From Leucoraja ocellata (Eukaryota), in the NCBI GenBank assembly GCA_036785375.1, contig JAWMAR010000309.1:1-64000 (forward strand): 64,000 nt of DNA, given 5' to 3'. The notes beneath the pieces are model-generated. The model searched no databases. It had not been told where the DNA came from and saw only the letters and a list, made by a program, of their open reading frames with translations. Positions 49,310 to 63,013 of the stretch are shown piece by piece (the stretch's first letter is position 1; each line of letters begins with the position of its first letter). The translations under genes were made by a program, and so were the position numbers.

Positions 49310-50210
49310 ATTCGATCATCTAAATCATTAATATACTGTAAATAGTTGCGCCCTCAGCACCGAGCCTTGCAGCACTTCACTCGCCACTGCCTGCCATTTT
49401 GATAGGGGCCGGTTTATTCCTACTCTTTGTTTCCTGTCTGCCAACCAATTCTCTATCCATATTAATACCCAACCCCAATACCATGTGCTCTAATTTTGCC
49501 CACTAATCTCCTGTGTTGGTCCTTATCAAGGGCTTTCTGAAAGTCCAAATACATCACATCCACTGGCTTTCCTTCATCCATTTTACTTGTTTCATCCTCA
49601 AAAAATTCAAGAAGAAGTGCTGGCTCGAAGGGCCAAATGGCCTACTCCTGCACCTGTTGTCTATTAGTCAAGCATGATTTCCCGTTCATAAATCCATACT
49701 GACTTGGGCCAATCCTTTTACTGCCATCCAAATGCGCCATTATTACTTCTTTAATAATTGACTCTTCCCCACCACAGATGTCAGGCTAGCTGGTCTATAA
49801 TTCCACGTTTTCTCTCTCGCTCCGTTCTTGAAAAGTGGGATAACATTAGCTACCCTCCAATCCACAGGAACTGATCCTGAATCGAGAGAACATTGTAAAA
49901 TTATCACCAATTAGTCCACAATTTCTAGAGCCACCTCCTTGAGTACCCTGGGATGCAGACCATCAGGCCATGGGGAATTATCAGCCTTCAGTCCCATCAG
50001 TCTACCCAATATTATTTCTTGCCTAATGCAAATTTCTTTCAGTTCCTCTGTCTCCCTAGATCCTCTGTCCTCTAGTACATCTGGGAGATTGTTTGTGTCT
50101 TTCTTGGTGAAGACAGAACCAAAGTACCTGTTCAACTCTTCTGCCATTTCCTTGTTCCCCATAATAATTTCACCTGTTTCTGCCTTCAAGGGACCCACAT
50201 TTACTAATCT
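49310..50210 (-). mobile_element. CR1-type LINE internal RT fragment
   Basis: GPLKAETGEIIMGNKEMAEELNRYFGSVFTK...PDGLHPRVLKEVA, with downstream decayed RT. Confidence 0.88.
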
Positions 50211-50689
50211 TTTCCCCCCAGATATGTAGCATTTACGAAGCTTTTAGGAAGGCACTTTGATATGTAGGGGATGCAGGCATATGGATCAGGTGAAGGCAGA
50301 GGAGTGTAGGAAGACACTGCAGATGCTGGTTTAACCCGAAGATAGATAGACACAAAAAGCTGGAGTAATCCAGTGGGTCAGACAGCATCTCTGGAGAAAA
50401 GGAATAGGTGACGGAATGGGTCAAGACCCTTCTTCAGACTGAGAGTCGGGGAAAGGGAAACGAGGGGATTGGTTTATCTTGGCTTCATGTTGGGCATGGA
50501 TATTGTGGGCTGAAGGGCCTGTTCCTGTGCTGTACTGTTCTATGGACTATCGATCTATCTACGGCGTTCACTTCAACTCGGGATTGAGTGGTGCCATCTG
50601 CTTCATGATGTCCTGGTGCTGTGTTAGCCATTCGTCATGATGCAGTTTCACTCATAAGTAAACTAGGCGGATGAGCAGTCTTCTCCTAG

Positions 50690-52355
50690 CAAGAAAGAAA
50701 GAACACAATACATAACAGAATTCAACATAAAACATAAACATCCACCACAGTTGAACCAGCAACTCCCGCTGTGGTGGAAGACACAAAAGTTCACTCAATC
50801 TTCCTCCTCCATTCACCCGTGGTTGGGGCCTTGAACCCTCCGCAGTCGCCGCTACGGAAGGCCCGGTGTACAGGCCCTGTCGCCGGGGTGATCGAAACTC
50901 CGACGTCGGGCCGGGGACGGATGGGAACACTCCGCGGCGTGGAATTCCTTAATCGGCCGCTTCCTACTGGAGACCGCGGCTTCATGATGTAGCAATGTTA
51001 CAAAATTTGAGATTTTGAGATTTAAAAAATCAAGTCTGCAATTTATCCCATCAGATAAAGCATAACAATAAGTTTAATTTGACACCAAATTCACTTTCAT
51101 ATCTCAAGTATTAAAAAAGTTATGACCATTTTCATACTCGGAAATTAGCATCTTGTTCCCTATTGATTTTCAATGGGCATTACAAAAAAGCTGTGATCTT
51201 AGATAGTCAAAAGCACATTTCTTAAGGAAAGATTAACATTTTTAAATAGCCTAAGTGTCCAAAGATTATTCACAAATAATTCACAATATAACATGATTTT
51301 TATATCTAATTTACATTAATTTATAGGCCAAATGGAAGGAATTTAGTGTTCAATTGCTGTAAATAAATGACCATTTAAATCGGTTTTCTAGTGGGTTCAT
51401 GTGGAACGCGCAGGTTTAGAATGTTGACAGCGCGCTGGATTAGTGCCCTCAAATGCCGAGAAAAATACTGGGGGATATAAAAAGCCCAAAATGAGCTACT
51501 CGCTATAGAAAATTATAATTATAGGGTTATATACATGCCCCATTTAATGCAAAAATAAGGTACATACCTTTAATTGTTTGCTTTATAAAACCCTGGGGCT
51601 GCCAGAGCTTGCGGAATGAACGAGAGCTTTTAAATTTATTATATCTACTCTTCGAGGCCTATAAAACTAATAATAGCTTTTGGGACCGGGTCTTGCAGCG
51701 ATTCTCCGTTAATGATTTACTAGGCTGAACATCTGCGATTGGAACAGCCTAGTAAAAATCGGGTTTTAAACCCGCCCCCTCCAAACAGCTCCAAAATCAC
51801 ACACAAGGGGAGGGGCAGATGCTCAGCCACGATTCAGGTACGTTTTGTAACATACCTACATGATGCCAAGACCACAGGCCCCGCGGTCGGAGCACTTCTT
51901 CTGGTGATCCTTGGCAAAGGATCGCAGGCCGCTCTGTGATGTTACAAGTCCACGCAGGGCCCGCGGCTAGAAGCTCCACAGATCGAGCTCCACGATGGTA
52001 AAGTCAGCAGGCCCCCCGAGGTCGGAGCTCCAACACTGGCGACCCCGGGCAAAGGATCGCAGCTCCGCGATGTCAAAGTCCTGCAGAAGCTCTGGGTTCT
52101 GGGCTGGTCTCCGGTCGGAAAGGCCACACCAATCCAGTCGTTAGGCTGCGAGAGGGGCGAAAATGGGACATGGAGAAAAGTCACATCTCCATCGAGGTAA
52201 TTGACTGGGAACGGTTTCCCCTATTTCCCCCCCCCCCCCCCCTCTCTCAGCACCCCCCACACCGGGAGACATACATTCAGACACGCTGAAAACCACAAAA
52301 AGTCCAAAGAAACACACGAGCTGCTAGCGAGGCTGCCGCGAGTGGCACCATCTTG
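50690..52355 (-). mobile_element. GC-rich non-coding repeat (same family as 45640-46268), split by a DNA transposon
   Basis: The host sequence ggcttcatgatg...ggtcggagcacttcttctgg is contiguous in the 45.9 kb copy but split here at 50989/51859. The 5' end reads CAAGATGGTGCC. Confidence 0.65.
50990..51858. mobile_element. Non-autonomous TIR DNA transposon (hAT-like termini)
   Basis: TIRs TAGCAATGTTACAAAA / TTTTGTAACATACCTA (14/16 match), flanked by CATGATG on both sides (50983-50989 and 51859-51865). The interior is AT-rich. Confidence 0.8.
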
Positions 52356-52620
52356 GGAAATTTGGACCGCTGGTCCTGAAATGCCCAGAAACCAGTTGCT
52401 GCGTCCCTCTGTGTAAGGTACAACTATTTCTGGGTTGTGCATAAGCCTGTCTATCTGGCAACATCAGATATTCTTAGATATGTTTATAACTCTTGATTTT
52501 CATGCTGTGAGTGTCTGGGTTACTTATACATTCACATGTGAATGATTCAGATAGTCAGAGGATGTGATGACATCAGTGTTGGCAGCATTACATGTTTGTG
52601 GATCTTGCAGTTGGAGTAAA

Positions 52621-52915
52621 GGCACAGTGGCGCGGCGGGTAGAGCCACTCCCTCACAAAGCCAGAGACCCGAGTTCGATCCTGACCTCAGGTGCTGTCTG
52701 CGTGTGTGGAGTTTGCACCATCTCCCCGTGACCGCGTGGGTTTCCTCCGGGTGCTCCGGTTTCCTCCTACCTCACAAAGACGTGCAGGTTTGTAGGTAAA
52801 TTGCCTTCTGTAAATTGCCCCTAGTGTGTAGGATAGAACTAGTGTACTGGTGATCGATGGTCAGCACTGACTCAGTGGGCGGAAGGGCCTGTTTCCATGT
52901 TATATCTCTAAACTA
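52621..52915 (+). mobile_element. HE1-like V-SINE, full length
   Basis: Head, B-box gagttcgatcc, V-domain and tail. Confidence 0.88.
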
Positions 52916-53361
52916 ATACGCGATTGTCTTTGTTAAATCCACTACATTGTGAAAACGTATGAAAATAATGTTATAGATTTTGCCTTTTATGAATTTGGAT
53001 CGTATCCCAAGGGAGTATTTTGAGTTGTGCACTGATCTATTGACACAGTAGTAAAATATATTGTGTTCAACATCATTTACATTAGCTATTTGATGGCACA
53101 GTGTATAGTACAAGGAGATGTGTAGAACAACTCGTGCACTGTTGACACAAGGAACTGCAGCTGCTGGTTCACAATCACAGACACAAAGTGCTGGAGTAAC
53201 TTGGCGGGTTAGGCAACGTCTCTGGAGAACATGGGATAGGTGACGTTTCGAGTTAGGATCCATTGTTGGGGCCTGGAAGGTTATGAATGGTGATGTCTTT
53301 AGGGCTTTGGTCTTTGCTACGAGAATTAAAAATAAGCAGTTTGTATATTGTGGTAGAACTG

Positions 53362-53559
53362 TGCAGGAAGGAACTGCAGGCGCTAGTTTAAACCGAAGAT
53401 AGACATAAAATGCTGGAGTGACAGCTGAACAGGCAGCACCTCTGGAGAGAAGGAATGGGTGACGCTTCGGTTAGAGTAGGGTCTCAACCCGAAAAGTCAC
53501 CCATTCCTTCTCTCCAGAGATGCTGCCTGTCCTGCTGAGTTACTCCAGCATTTTGTGTC
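53362..53559. mobile_element. PLE-derived fold-back mini-element with 13-bp TSD, at the head of a V-SINE
   Basis: TGTGGTAGAACTG is at 53349-53361 and 53560-53572, flanking inverted PLE repeat arms. Confidence 0.8.
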
Positions 53560-56500
53560 TGTGGTAGAACTGCTGCCTCTCAGCGCTGGAGACCCAGGTT
53601 CGATCCTGACCTCAGGTGCTAACTGTGTGGAGTTTGCATGTTCTCGCTATGACCTTGTGGGTTTCCTCCGGGTGCTCCAGTTTCCTCCCTATCCCACAGA
53701 CGTGTGAGTTTGTAGATTAATTGGCCTCTGTAAATTGTTCCTAGCATGTAGGGAGTGGATGAGAAAGTGGGATAACAGTTAGTGTGAATGGGTGATCGAT
53801 GGTTAGAGTGGGCTGAAGTGCCTGTTTCCATGCTGTATCTTTCGATCAATCAAACATTCCTCCAACAGTTGTCATTTGTGGCTTGTGAAAGATTTTGGGG
53901 GTATTTAACTAAGTTAAAGACACTATAAATGCAAATTGCTATTATGACACATTAATTTAAATAATCATCATCTTTGCTCAATTGTATAATGGTAAATGAT
54001 TAGGATATGCAAAATTTTGGGGCTAAATTTGCATAACATGCCATTTATGTATAATTACATATCAGATTACTTAACATCTGAATGTGCAAAAGATGTTATG
54101 ATATTTACACTTCATTACCACTTGATCCTGCAAAAATATAAAACTGATCGAAGTAAACCCCTCCTGTGGCTGCTTCCGTTAAAATAAAGATAATTTAATG
54201 ATAACTGATCCACTCAGATAGATTCTGACCATTACGCTGATATTAGGAATTCCTTTATTGCAATACCATAGAACAGTACAACACATGAACAGGCCCTTCG
54301 ACCCACAATGCCTGTACTCAACATGATGTCTCATTAAACTAATCTCTGCCTGCACGTGTTCCATATCTCTCCATTCCCTGCATATCCATGTGCATATCCA
54401 AAAGTCTCCGAAACACCACTATTGTATCTGCCTCCACCACCACCCCTGGAAGCATGTTCCACGCACCCACCACTCTCTGTATATTAAAAAAATGTAATTG
54501 CCACACACGTCTCCTTTAAACTTTGCCCCTCTTATCTTAAAGCTATGCCCTCTCGTCTTTGACATTTCTACCCCGGTAAAAAAGCTTTGACTATCTGCCT
54601 TTATCTATGCCTCTCATCACATTATATACTTCTATCAGGTCTCCCCTCAACCTCCCGCACTCCAGAGAAAGCAATCCAACGTCTCCTTGTAGCTAACCCA
54701 GGCAGCATTCAGGTTAGACTTTACTTCAGACTTTAGAGATACAGCGTGGAAACCGGTCCACCGAGTCCGCGCCAATTAGCAGTCACCCCATACACTAGCC
54801 CTACACACTAGGGACAATTTACAGAAGCCAATTAACCTGCAGACCTGCATGTCTTTGGAGTGTGGGGGGAAACCAGAGTACCCGGAGAAAACACACACAG
54901 TCGAGGAGAACATACAAACTCCGCACAGACAACATCCGTAGTCTGGATTGAACCTGCGTCTCTGGTGCTGTAAGGCAACAACTCGACTACTGTACTACTG
55001 TACCACCTGTTTTGTTAGTCTCTTCTGCACCCTCTCCTACACACTCGGGACAATTTACAGAAGCCAATTAACTTACAACCCAGCACGCCTTCAGGATGTG
55101 TGAGGAACCCCTCAAGGTCACAGGGAGAACGGGCAAACTCCGCACACAGACCACATCCGAGGTCAGGATCGAACCTGGGCCTCTGCTGCTGTAAGGCAGC
55201 AACTCTACTGCTGCGCCATTGTGCCGCACAACAGATATGTAAACATAGGCACAAAATGCTGGAGTAACTCAGTGGGTCAGGCATTATCTTTGGAGAAAAC
55301 GGATAGGATGACTATTCTTTCAAAGGGCCCCAGTCTATCCACATTCTCCAGCGATACTGCCGGACCCACTGAGTTACTCCAGTACTTTGTATCTATCTTT
55401 GGTATAAACCAACATGTGCAGTTCCTTTTTATTACAAGCTGTCCCTGAATCGGGACGTTTCACGTTTCAGGCTCCTCTACCTTCTTCCCAATGGCAGGGG
55501 TGAAATGAGAGTGTGGCCCCCGTAACCCTCTTTATGAGGCAGCAACTCCTCAATTGTGATTTCTGGACTACTTTATATGAACAATATTGACAGTGTGGGG
55601 ATCATATAGTCAAGCTGCTGCTCTTGTTCAGAGCACTGGATGATCTACACTTTCTCACGATCGGGTTAGGAATGATAAATAACACAAATGGCTTTTGCCG
55701 TGGTAATCGGAATTAGTCAAATGCTGGTTGCATGAAATCCAGTCAGCTGGTTGCTATGGTGAGCAACAACTGGCAGCAGCTGGGAAGACGGTCAAGAGAG
55801 CTTATAGTTGTCATATACACCGGCCGGATATGAAGCAGAGCAATGACATCCTTACTTGCTGCAGCTTCACAAGCACATTAGATGTAACAAACAGCAACGA
55901 TAAATGTGCAATAAATGATCAGTTTTTCAAAGTAAACTAGATCATGAAAGTGCAAGGATCAAAGTATATAGAGTAACCATTGTAGTGCAGTAATTTGTGT
56001 TGAGTTTGGATTGTGTAGGGTTGTGTAAGGTTGATGCTGTTCTTGAACCTGATGGTCATGGTTCTCGGACTCCTGTACCTTCTTCCTCTTGGTACCAGCC
56101 AGCAGAGAGGGTAGTCATGGTGGTGTGAGTCCTTGCTATCAGCTGCCATCTTGAGGCAGCATTTGCTGCAGATCCTTTCATAAGTTCACAAGTTATAGGA
56201 GCAGAATTAGGCCATTCGGCCCATCCAGTCTACTCCGCCTTGCAATCATAGCTGATCTATCATTTCCTCTCAAGCCCAATCTCCTGCCTTCTCCCCGTAA
56301 CTCCCGCATTCTAGTCCTTGGAAATAAATGCTAGCATTGCATTTGCCTTCCTTACTACCGATTCGACTTGCAAATTAACTTATTGGGAATCCTGCACCTG
56401 CATTTTCCAAGTCCCTTTGCACCTCCGATTTCTGAATTCTCTCCCCATTTGGAAAATAGTCTTTGATGGTACCTGTGATGGACCGGGCAATGGTGAGCAC

Positions 56501-57424
56501 TTTCTGCAACCTCCTTCGTTGCTGAACTTGGTGATGCAACCAGCCAGTATGCTCCCTGCCCGTACCCTTGCAGAAGTTTGAAAGACATGCCGAATCTCCT
56601 CTAACCTCTGAGGAAGTAGGGGCATTGGTGAGCGTTCTTCATGATCGCATCAACGTGCTTGGCCCAGGACAGATCATTGTAGATGCGTCTCTATAAGGAT
56701 CACTCCTCAGCCTCCTGCGCGCCAAGGAATAAAGTCCTAGCCTGCTCAACATCTCTATATAGCTTCGACCTTCAAATCCTGGTAAATCTCCTCTGCACCC
56801 ATACCACCTGTAACATGATGACCAAAACTGAACACAATACTAAATATACAATTGTACAACTGTAACATGACTTCCCAACTTCTATACTTGAGTCCTGACA
56901 ACACCTTCGTAAACTAGTGATTCATGATTCCATAACTCTTGCTGCAGTGTGGTGTACAAACCCTCTCTTTTTCAGTGAGAATATTGAACGTGTGGTGTGA
57001 AATTTACCCTTCCTACCTTGGGTTGTAGCTTTGTTGATTGTGCCAGTAATTCCTGACTTGCTGTGATCTTTTCCCTCTTGATACTTGAACATCGACTACA
57101 AAAGAACAAGACCCAGTGGCAGCTAAAGGTTAATGTAATATTAAAGCTGTCATTTTGCAGGTTTAATAAAAGTCCACGACTTGTGCTGAAATAACTCATC
57201 CCCAAATTGAAATTTTGCAATCAAAAAATACACCTGCCAACTCCCCAGCCACTTGGTTCGTGTAGGAAATATTGTGGCAATAAGCAGATAATGAAGAACC
57301 ATTGGAAAACCCTTCAGTAGCATTTCTTTTCTTTTGCAATGCAATGACTGTTCTCTCTTAGTTGGTGGTAACAGAAATAGCATCACTGTTCACTCATTCT
57401 GTTGAAGGTGGGTGTATTTCAAAG

Positions 57425-57850
57425 CATGCAGTTAAGCTGGACAGGGCGCAGAGAAGATTTACAATGATGTTGCCAGGACTTGAGGGCCTGAGCTACAAAG
57501 AAAGTTTGGGCAGGCAAGGTCTCTATTCCTTGGAGAGCAAGAGGCTGAGCAGTGAACTTTAGTGGTGTACAAAGTCATGAGGGGAATACATAGATTGAAT
57601 GCACAATCTTTTACCCAGGGTAGAGGAATCAAGAACCAGAGAATAGGTTTAAGGTAAGCGGGGAAAGAGTTAAAAGGAAGCTGAGGGGTAATCTTTCCAC
57701 ACAGAGGGTGATGGATATATGGAACGAGATGCCAGAGGAGGTAGTTGAGGCAGGTACTATAACAATATTTAAAAGTTACGTGGATAGGAACATGGATAGA
57801 ACAGGTTTAGAGGGATTTGGACTAAATGCCAGCAAATGAGACTAGCTTTG
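57425..57850 (+). mobile_element. CR1-type LINE 3' fragment
   Basis: KLDRAQRRFTMMLPGLEGLSYKESLGRQGLYSLE. Confidence 0.85.
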
Positions 57851-59376
57851 ATGCTCTATTCATTGAATTCGAAAGCTTATCATCAATAAAGATCAATGCT
57901 TTTCACTAAACCTTTATCAACAGAAATAATAACTCAATTCCTAGAAAAATAAACTTACATTATGGATTAAGATCATTAAAATCATACATCATATAAAATC
58001 TGAATTGATTCATTAAAAATCTAAGATTTCAAGTTCAATGTGATTTATTTTAATTGCAATCAATAAACACATCTGTATTTTTTGTAGTTTGATTAATAAC
58101 ACTGTTTTCTAAGGAAAATTTTACCAGATGGTGCACATGAATATATGTGAGCATTTGTTTTAGCTACACTCTAGGTACAGTAAGTATTATCTAACTTTCG
58201 GTCCTTGCCTGAAGAAATGTTGTGTCTAAAGAAAATTTGAAATCAAAGGTGGTTAAAGTTCGAATTGTATTCAAAGCATTTATTCAGAGGTCAAATCACA
58301 AAGTGTTGGAGGAAGGAAGCGGGTCAGGCAGCATCTGTGGAAGCAATGGACCATTGACGTTGCGGGTCAGGACCATTCTTCGAATCTGAGTCGTGATTAG
58401 CAACGTTGCCTGTTCATTCCCTCCACAGATGCTGCCTGACCCGCTGAATTGATAAGTTCAGAAATCATAGGAGCAGAGTTAGGCCATTTGGCCCATCGCG
58501 TCTCCGCCATTCAATCATGGCTGATCCATCTTTCCCTCTCAACTCCATTGCCTCGCCTTCTCCCTCTAACTTTTTGCCGCCCTTACTAATCAAGAACCAG
58601 TCAATCTCTGCTTTAAAAATACCCAAGGACTTGGCCTCCACAGCCGTCTGTGGCAAAGATTTCCACAGATTCACACACTCTGGCTAAAGAAATTCCTCCT
58701 CATCTCCTTTCTAAAACTTCCTCCAGCACTTTGAGTTTTGCTCAAGATTTCTAGCATCTGCAGTCCTTCCCATCTCCATTTATTTTGCGGAATGTCTTCT
58801 TGAAAACACGACGCATTGAACTGCAAAATCCATTCCCAAGCTGTGTTAATACTGTGAAGGTATCATAGCAACATCTCATCTCAAAAGTGTGATGGCCAAT
58901 TTTACCACCGCTCTGTGCATTCACTGCATAATTGCGCGGAGCCAAAGCACAATTTATTCAGAGTGCCTGGGCGCTTAATTGCAGTTTATAAATACCAATA
59001 AAGTTGGCAAAGTTTCCAACAATTTCTACTTATTTCTGATTTCCAGCAACTTCAATTTGTTCGAGAAACAAGGAACTACAGATGGTGGATTAGAAAAAAA
59101 TACCCACAAAGTGCTGGAAGAACTTTACAGGTTAGGCAGCATCTCTGGAGAACATGGATAAGTGACGTTTTGGGTCAGGGACCTTCTTCAGACTGAAGGA
59201 GATGGGTCTGAAGCCGGATAGCCAAAACATTGACTATCTGTATTCTCCAGAGATGTTGCCTGTCCTATTGAGTTACTCCCCAACTTGGTGTCTTTACCTT
59301 CAGTTTGTCAGTTTGCTTAACATAGAACTGGCCCTAGGGCCCACTATGTCTGTGCCGAACATGATGCCAAGACTAA

Positions 59377-60080
59377 AGGGGCTGTCCCACTGCGGCGACC
59401 TAATCTGTGAGTTTAGACGAGTTTGCCCTCAACTCAAACTCGCAGCATGGTCGACACGAGGTCCTAGGAGGTCCTATGAGGTCACTGGAACTCTCCTTCA
59501 TGCTCGAGGGAAGTTCCTGAATACTCATGGCCTCAGCTAGGTCGCGGAGAATTTCTCAGCTGGTTGAAATTTTTTCCGCGAGTACAATTTGGTCGGCATG
59601 GTTCTTTTTGACTCGTAGTGCAGTGGAGTGGGGTCACTATTTAGTTACAGGCAGTCGAGGGCAGCCGTAGGCAACCTCCTTCGCTGACTGGGCATTTTGA
59701 TTGGCTCATTAGAGTTATCAGGACCAGGGAAAACCGACCAGTAGGTAAAATGCCCGCTAAACTTTATTATACTTCGTAAAAGTGTCTCCATTCCTTCTCC
59801 CCACCCCCCACCCCCCCCCCTCCGCGCTCTCTAACGGACATACCGTACATTGTGGCAGCCGTCTTTAATCTTCCTGTTCATCGCGTGTGTGAATTTCAGA
59901 TAGAGCTCCCCCGCGTTCCCTGGCCCCCGCCTTTGCGATGTGTGTGTGTGTGTGTGCGCTCGCGGTTTCAACGCGGACGGTCGATCCAGCTCGAGGTTTC
60001 CGGGCGAGTGCCCTCGAGCTTGAAGGTCGAAGGCACTCTTCTTAACTCACGGATTAGGTCGCCGCAGTGGGACAGCCCCT
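59377..60080. mobile_element. PIF/Harbinger-type non-autonomous element (MITE)
   Basis: TIR AGGGGCTGTCCCACTGCGGCGACCTAATC(T/C)GTGAGTT at both ends, with TAA duplicated (59374-59376 and 60081-60083). Inserted in a CR1 tail remnant. Confidence 0.88.
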
Positions 60081-60541
60081 TAACTCTTATCTGCCAGCAC
60101 ATGATCCATATCCCTCCACTCCCTGCCTGTGCCTATCTAAAAGCCTCTTAAACACTACGAAACTATCTGCTTCTTCCACCACCACCCCTGGCAGCACATG
60201 CCAGGCACCCATCACCCTCTGCATTAAAAAAAACTTGCATCATTCATCTCCTTCTAGTCTTTGATATTTCCACATTGGGGCAAATGGTTCTGACTGTCTA
60301 CCGTATCTATTCCACTCCTCATATTATAGACTGCTATCAGGTCTCCCCTTAGCCTTTGAAGCTCAGGAGAAAACAATCCAAGTTTGTCCAACCTCTCCCT
60401 GTAGGTAATACACTCTAATCCAGGCAGTATTCTGGTACATCTCTTCTGCATCCTCTCCAAAGCCTCTACATCCTTCCACTATTTGGGCGACCAGAACTGT
60501 ACGCAATACTCCAAATGCAGCCTAACCCAAAGTTCTATAAA

Positions 60542-61211
60542 GCTGCAAGTTTAGGAAGGTCTAAAAAGGTTTGGGTTTTGTTTATTATTGTCTCTCCCTC
60601 CGGCCCTCCGGAGAAAACAATCTAACTTTGCCTGAAGAAGGGTCTCGATCCAAAACGTCACCCATTCCTTCTCTCCAGAGCTGCTGCCTGTCCCGCTGAG
60701 TTACTCCAGCATTTTGTATCTAACTTTGTCTAACCTTAACCCCGGAAGACCCTGTATTTGAATTGGTTTAAAGGATTAGTGTATGATGTGTAGTTGCAGG
60801 TGGAAGTCAAGGACATGAATCGCTGTTCCATAATCTAACTAGAGGGGTACAGGCAACTGCATTGAACATCAGCCTATGAAATAATTCTTTGTTTTTCTCG
60901 TTTTCTTTAGACTTTCTGTTGCACGTTCAGTTGAACCTTCCTAAAAGTAATGGGGATATAGGGGCAGAGTGATTGGGATGGCACAGTGGCGGACTGGTAG
61001 AGTTGCCAGTTCAATTCTGACTACAGGTGCTGTCTGTACAGAGTTTGTACATTCTCCCTGTGACCCCGTGGGTTTTCTCCGGGTGTCCCGGTTTCCTCCC
61101 ACATCCCAAAGACATGCAGGTTTGTAGGTTAATTGGCTTCTCCGGAGGGCCGGAGGGAGAGACAATAATAAACAAAACCCAAACCTTTTTAGACCTTCCT
61201 AAACTTGCAGC
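60542..61211. repeat. Perfect 74-bp inverted repeat (60542-60615 / 61138-61211)
   Basis: Base-by-base comparison shows identity in reverse complement. Confidence 0.95.
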
Positions 61212-62072
61212 CGGTAGGAGGCGCGGCTCTGGCCAGCAGCGGCCTCTGCAGCCTGTCCGCGTTTTTATTATTTTTGTCTGTGTTTTTATGTAGTGTTTGT
61301 TATTTTATGTTGGGGTGTGTGTGTGGGGGGGTGGGGGCGGGGTGGGAGGGGGGGGGGAAACTTTTTGAATCTCTCCCTGCACTGGAGACCCGACCTTTTC
61401 TCGTCGGGTCTCAGTCGTTGTTGAGGCCGCAACGAGGAGCGGCCTCCAACAGGAAGAGACCGGGGACTCAGGTGTCGACTCACCGTTGCCGTCGCGGAGC
61501 TGGCCGAGTCCGGAGCGGTGGAGGAGCGCTGCTGCTGCTGCTGCTGCTGCTGCTGCCGGAGAGTCGGAGGCTCTCTACAGGTCTGTGGATGACGGCGCCG
61601 GGAGCCCACGGCTCCCTGGGGGGAGACCGCTTTTCGGGGCTCCTGCAGCGGCGACTTCTCCCGCCCGAGTTGCGGGGTTGAAGAGCTCCTGGAGCGGGGC
61701 CTACATCACTGCCCCGCGCGGCTGGAATGGCCGCGGACTCTGTGAGCGCACACCGGGGGCTCCAACATCAAGACCCGGTGTGCGACCTCGCATCACCCGG
61801 CGTGGCTTTAATGGCCGCAGGACAACCGCCATCGCCAGCCGGGGGCTATGACTTTGACTCTGACATCGGGGGGGGGGGGGGGGGGAGAGTGCAGTGGAGA
61901 GAGAAGTTTATTTGGCCTTCCATCACAGCTATGTGATGGATGTTTATGTTAAATGTAATTATGTTGTGTCTGGGGTCTATTTGTGTGTAATGTATGGCTG
62001 CAGAAACGGCATTTCGTTTGGACCTCCAGGGGTCCAAATGACAATTAAATTGACTCTTGACTTGACTCTTGA
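61212..62072 (+). mobile_element. GC-rich non-coding retroelement with (CTG)n and (CTTGA)-type tail, inserted in a V-SINE
   Basis: V-SINE 60978-61141 resumes at ~62073 with CTTCT duplicated. Tail is gacaattaaattgactcttgacttgactcttga, and (CTG)n lies at ~61529-61555. Confidence 0.7.
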
Positions 62073-63013
62073 CTTCTGTAAATCGTCAATTGTCCATACT
62101 GTGTAGGGTAGTGCTGGTGCAAGGGATGATCTCTGGTCAGAGTGGACAAGATGGGCCAAAGGGCCTGTTTCTAAGCTGTGCCTCTACACTAAACTAAAAA
62201 TTATGGTGATAGCACAAAATGCTGCAATAACTCAGTGGGTCAAGGTTTCTGGAGAAAAGTGACGTTTTGAGGAGAGACCTTTCTTCAGACTGAGAGTCAG
62301 GGGAGAGGAAAACTAGAGGTGTGAATAGACAGAACAAACAACCATAAAAATGATGGTGGGCAGAATGTGTGGGACGTATCTTTCACTTCCACTTCATCTC
62401 CGAATGTTTCTGTCTCTGAAGTTCCAGTCACATCCTCCATTGTTGACCTTGAGATGATGATCGGCATGAAGGACTTGGGTGTGTGATGTGGGTTGAATGA
62501 CACAATGTTTGTCAGCTCTCTCCTTTGAAATGGGGCCTTATCTCAACGTTATTTCAGACAAAGGTCTGAAGTCACATTGTGCATGATGCACCTCCAGTAA
62601 ATGATTTCGACTTTAGAGATATAGGAAACGGGACATTTGGCCTGCCGAATCCAAGCCGACCAACGATCCCCACACCCGAGCACCATCATATACACTGGGC
62701 ACAATTTACACTTTTACCCAAACCAATTAACCCTCAAACCTGCATGTATTTGTAATGAGAGATGAAACCAGTGCACCCAAAGAAAACCCACACAGTCACA
62801 CGGAGAACGTACAAACTCCGTACAGACAGCACCGATAGTCAGGATCGAACTTGGGCCCCTGACGGTGTGGGGCAGCAACTCTACCGCAGCGCTACTGTGC
62901 TGCCCATTTGTGTGCTGTGCTATCTGTGTTAGGTTTAGGTTTATTATTGCCATGTGTACCGAGGTACAGTGAAAAGCTTTGTTTTGCATGCTATCCAAAT
63001 CAAATCAGATATA

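Noticed and set aside
52621-52690. tRNA genes (A-box/B-box-like sequences)
   Set aside because: These are tRNA-derived heads of V-SINEs, always followed by the V-domain, and no convincing cloverleaf is evident.
61286-61681. Poly-Q / poly-L / poly-A ORFs
   Set aside because: They are translations of a (CTG)n microsatellite inside a GC-rich repeat.
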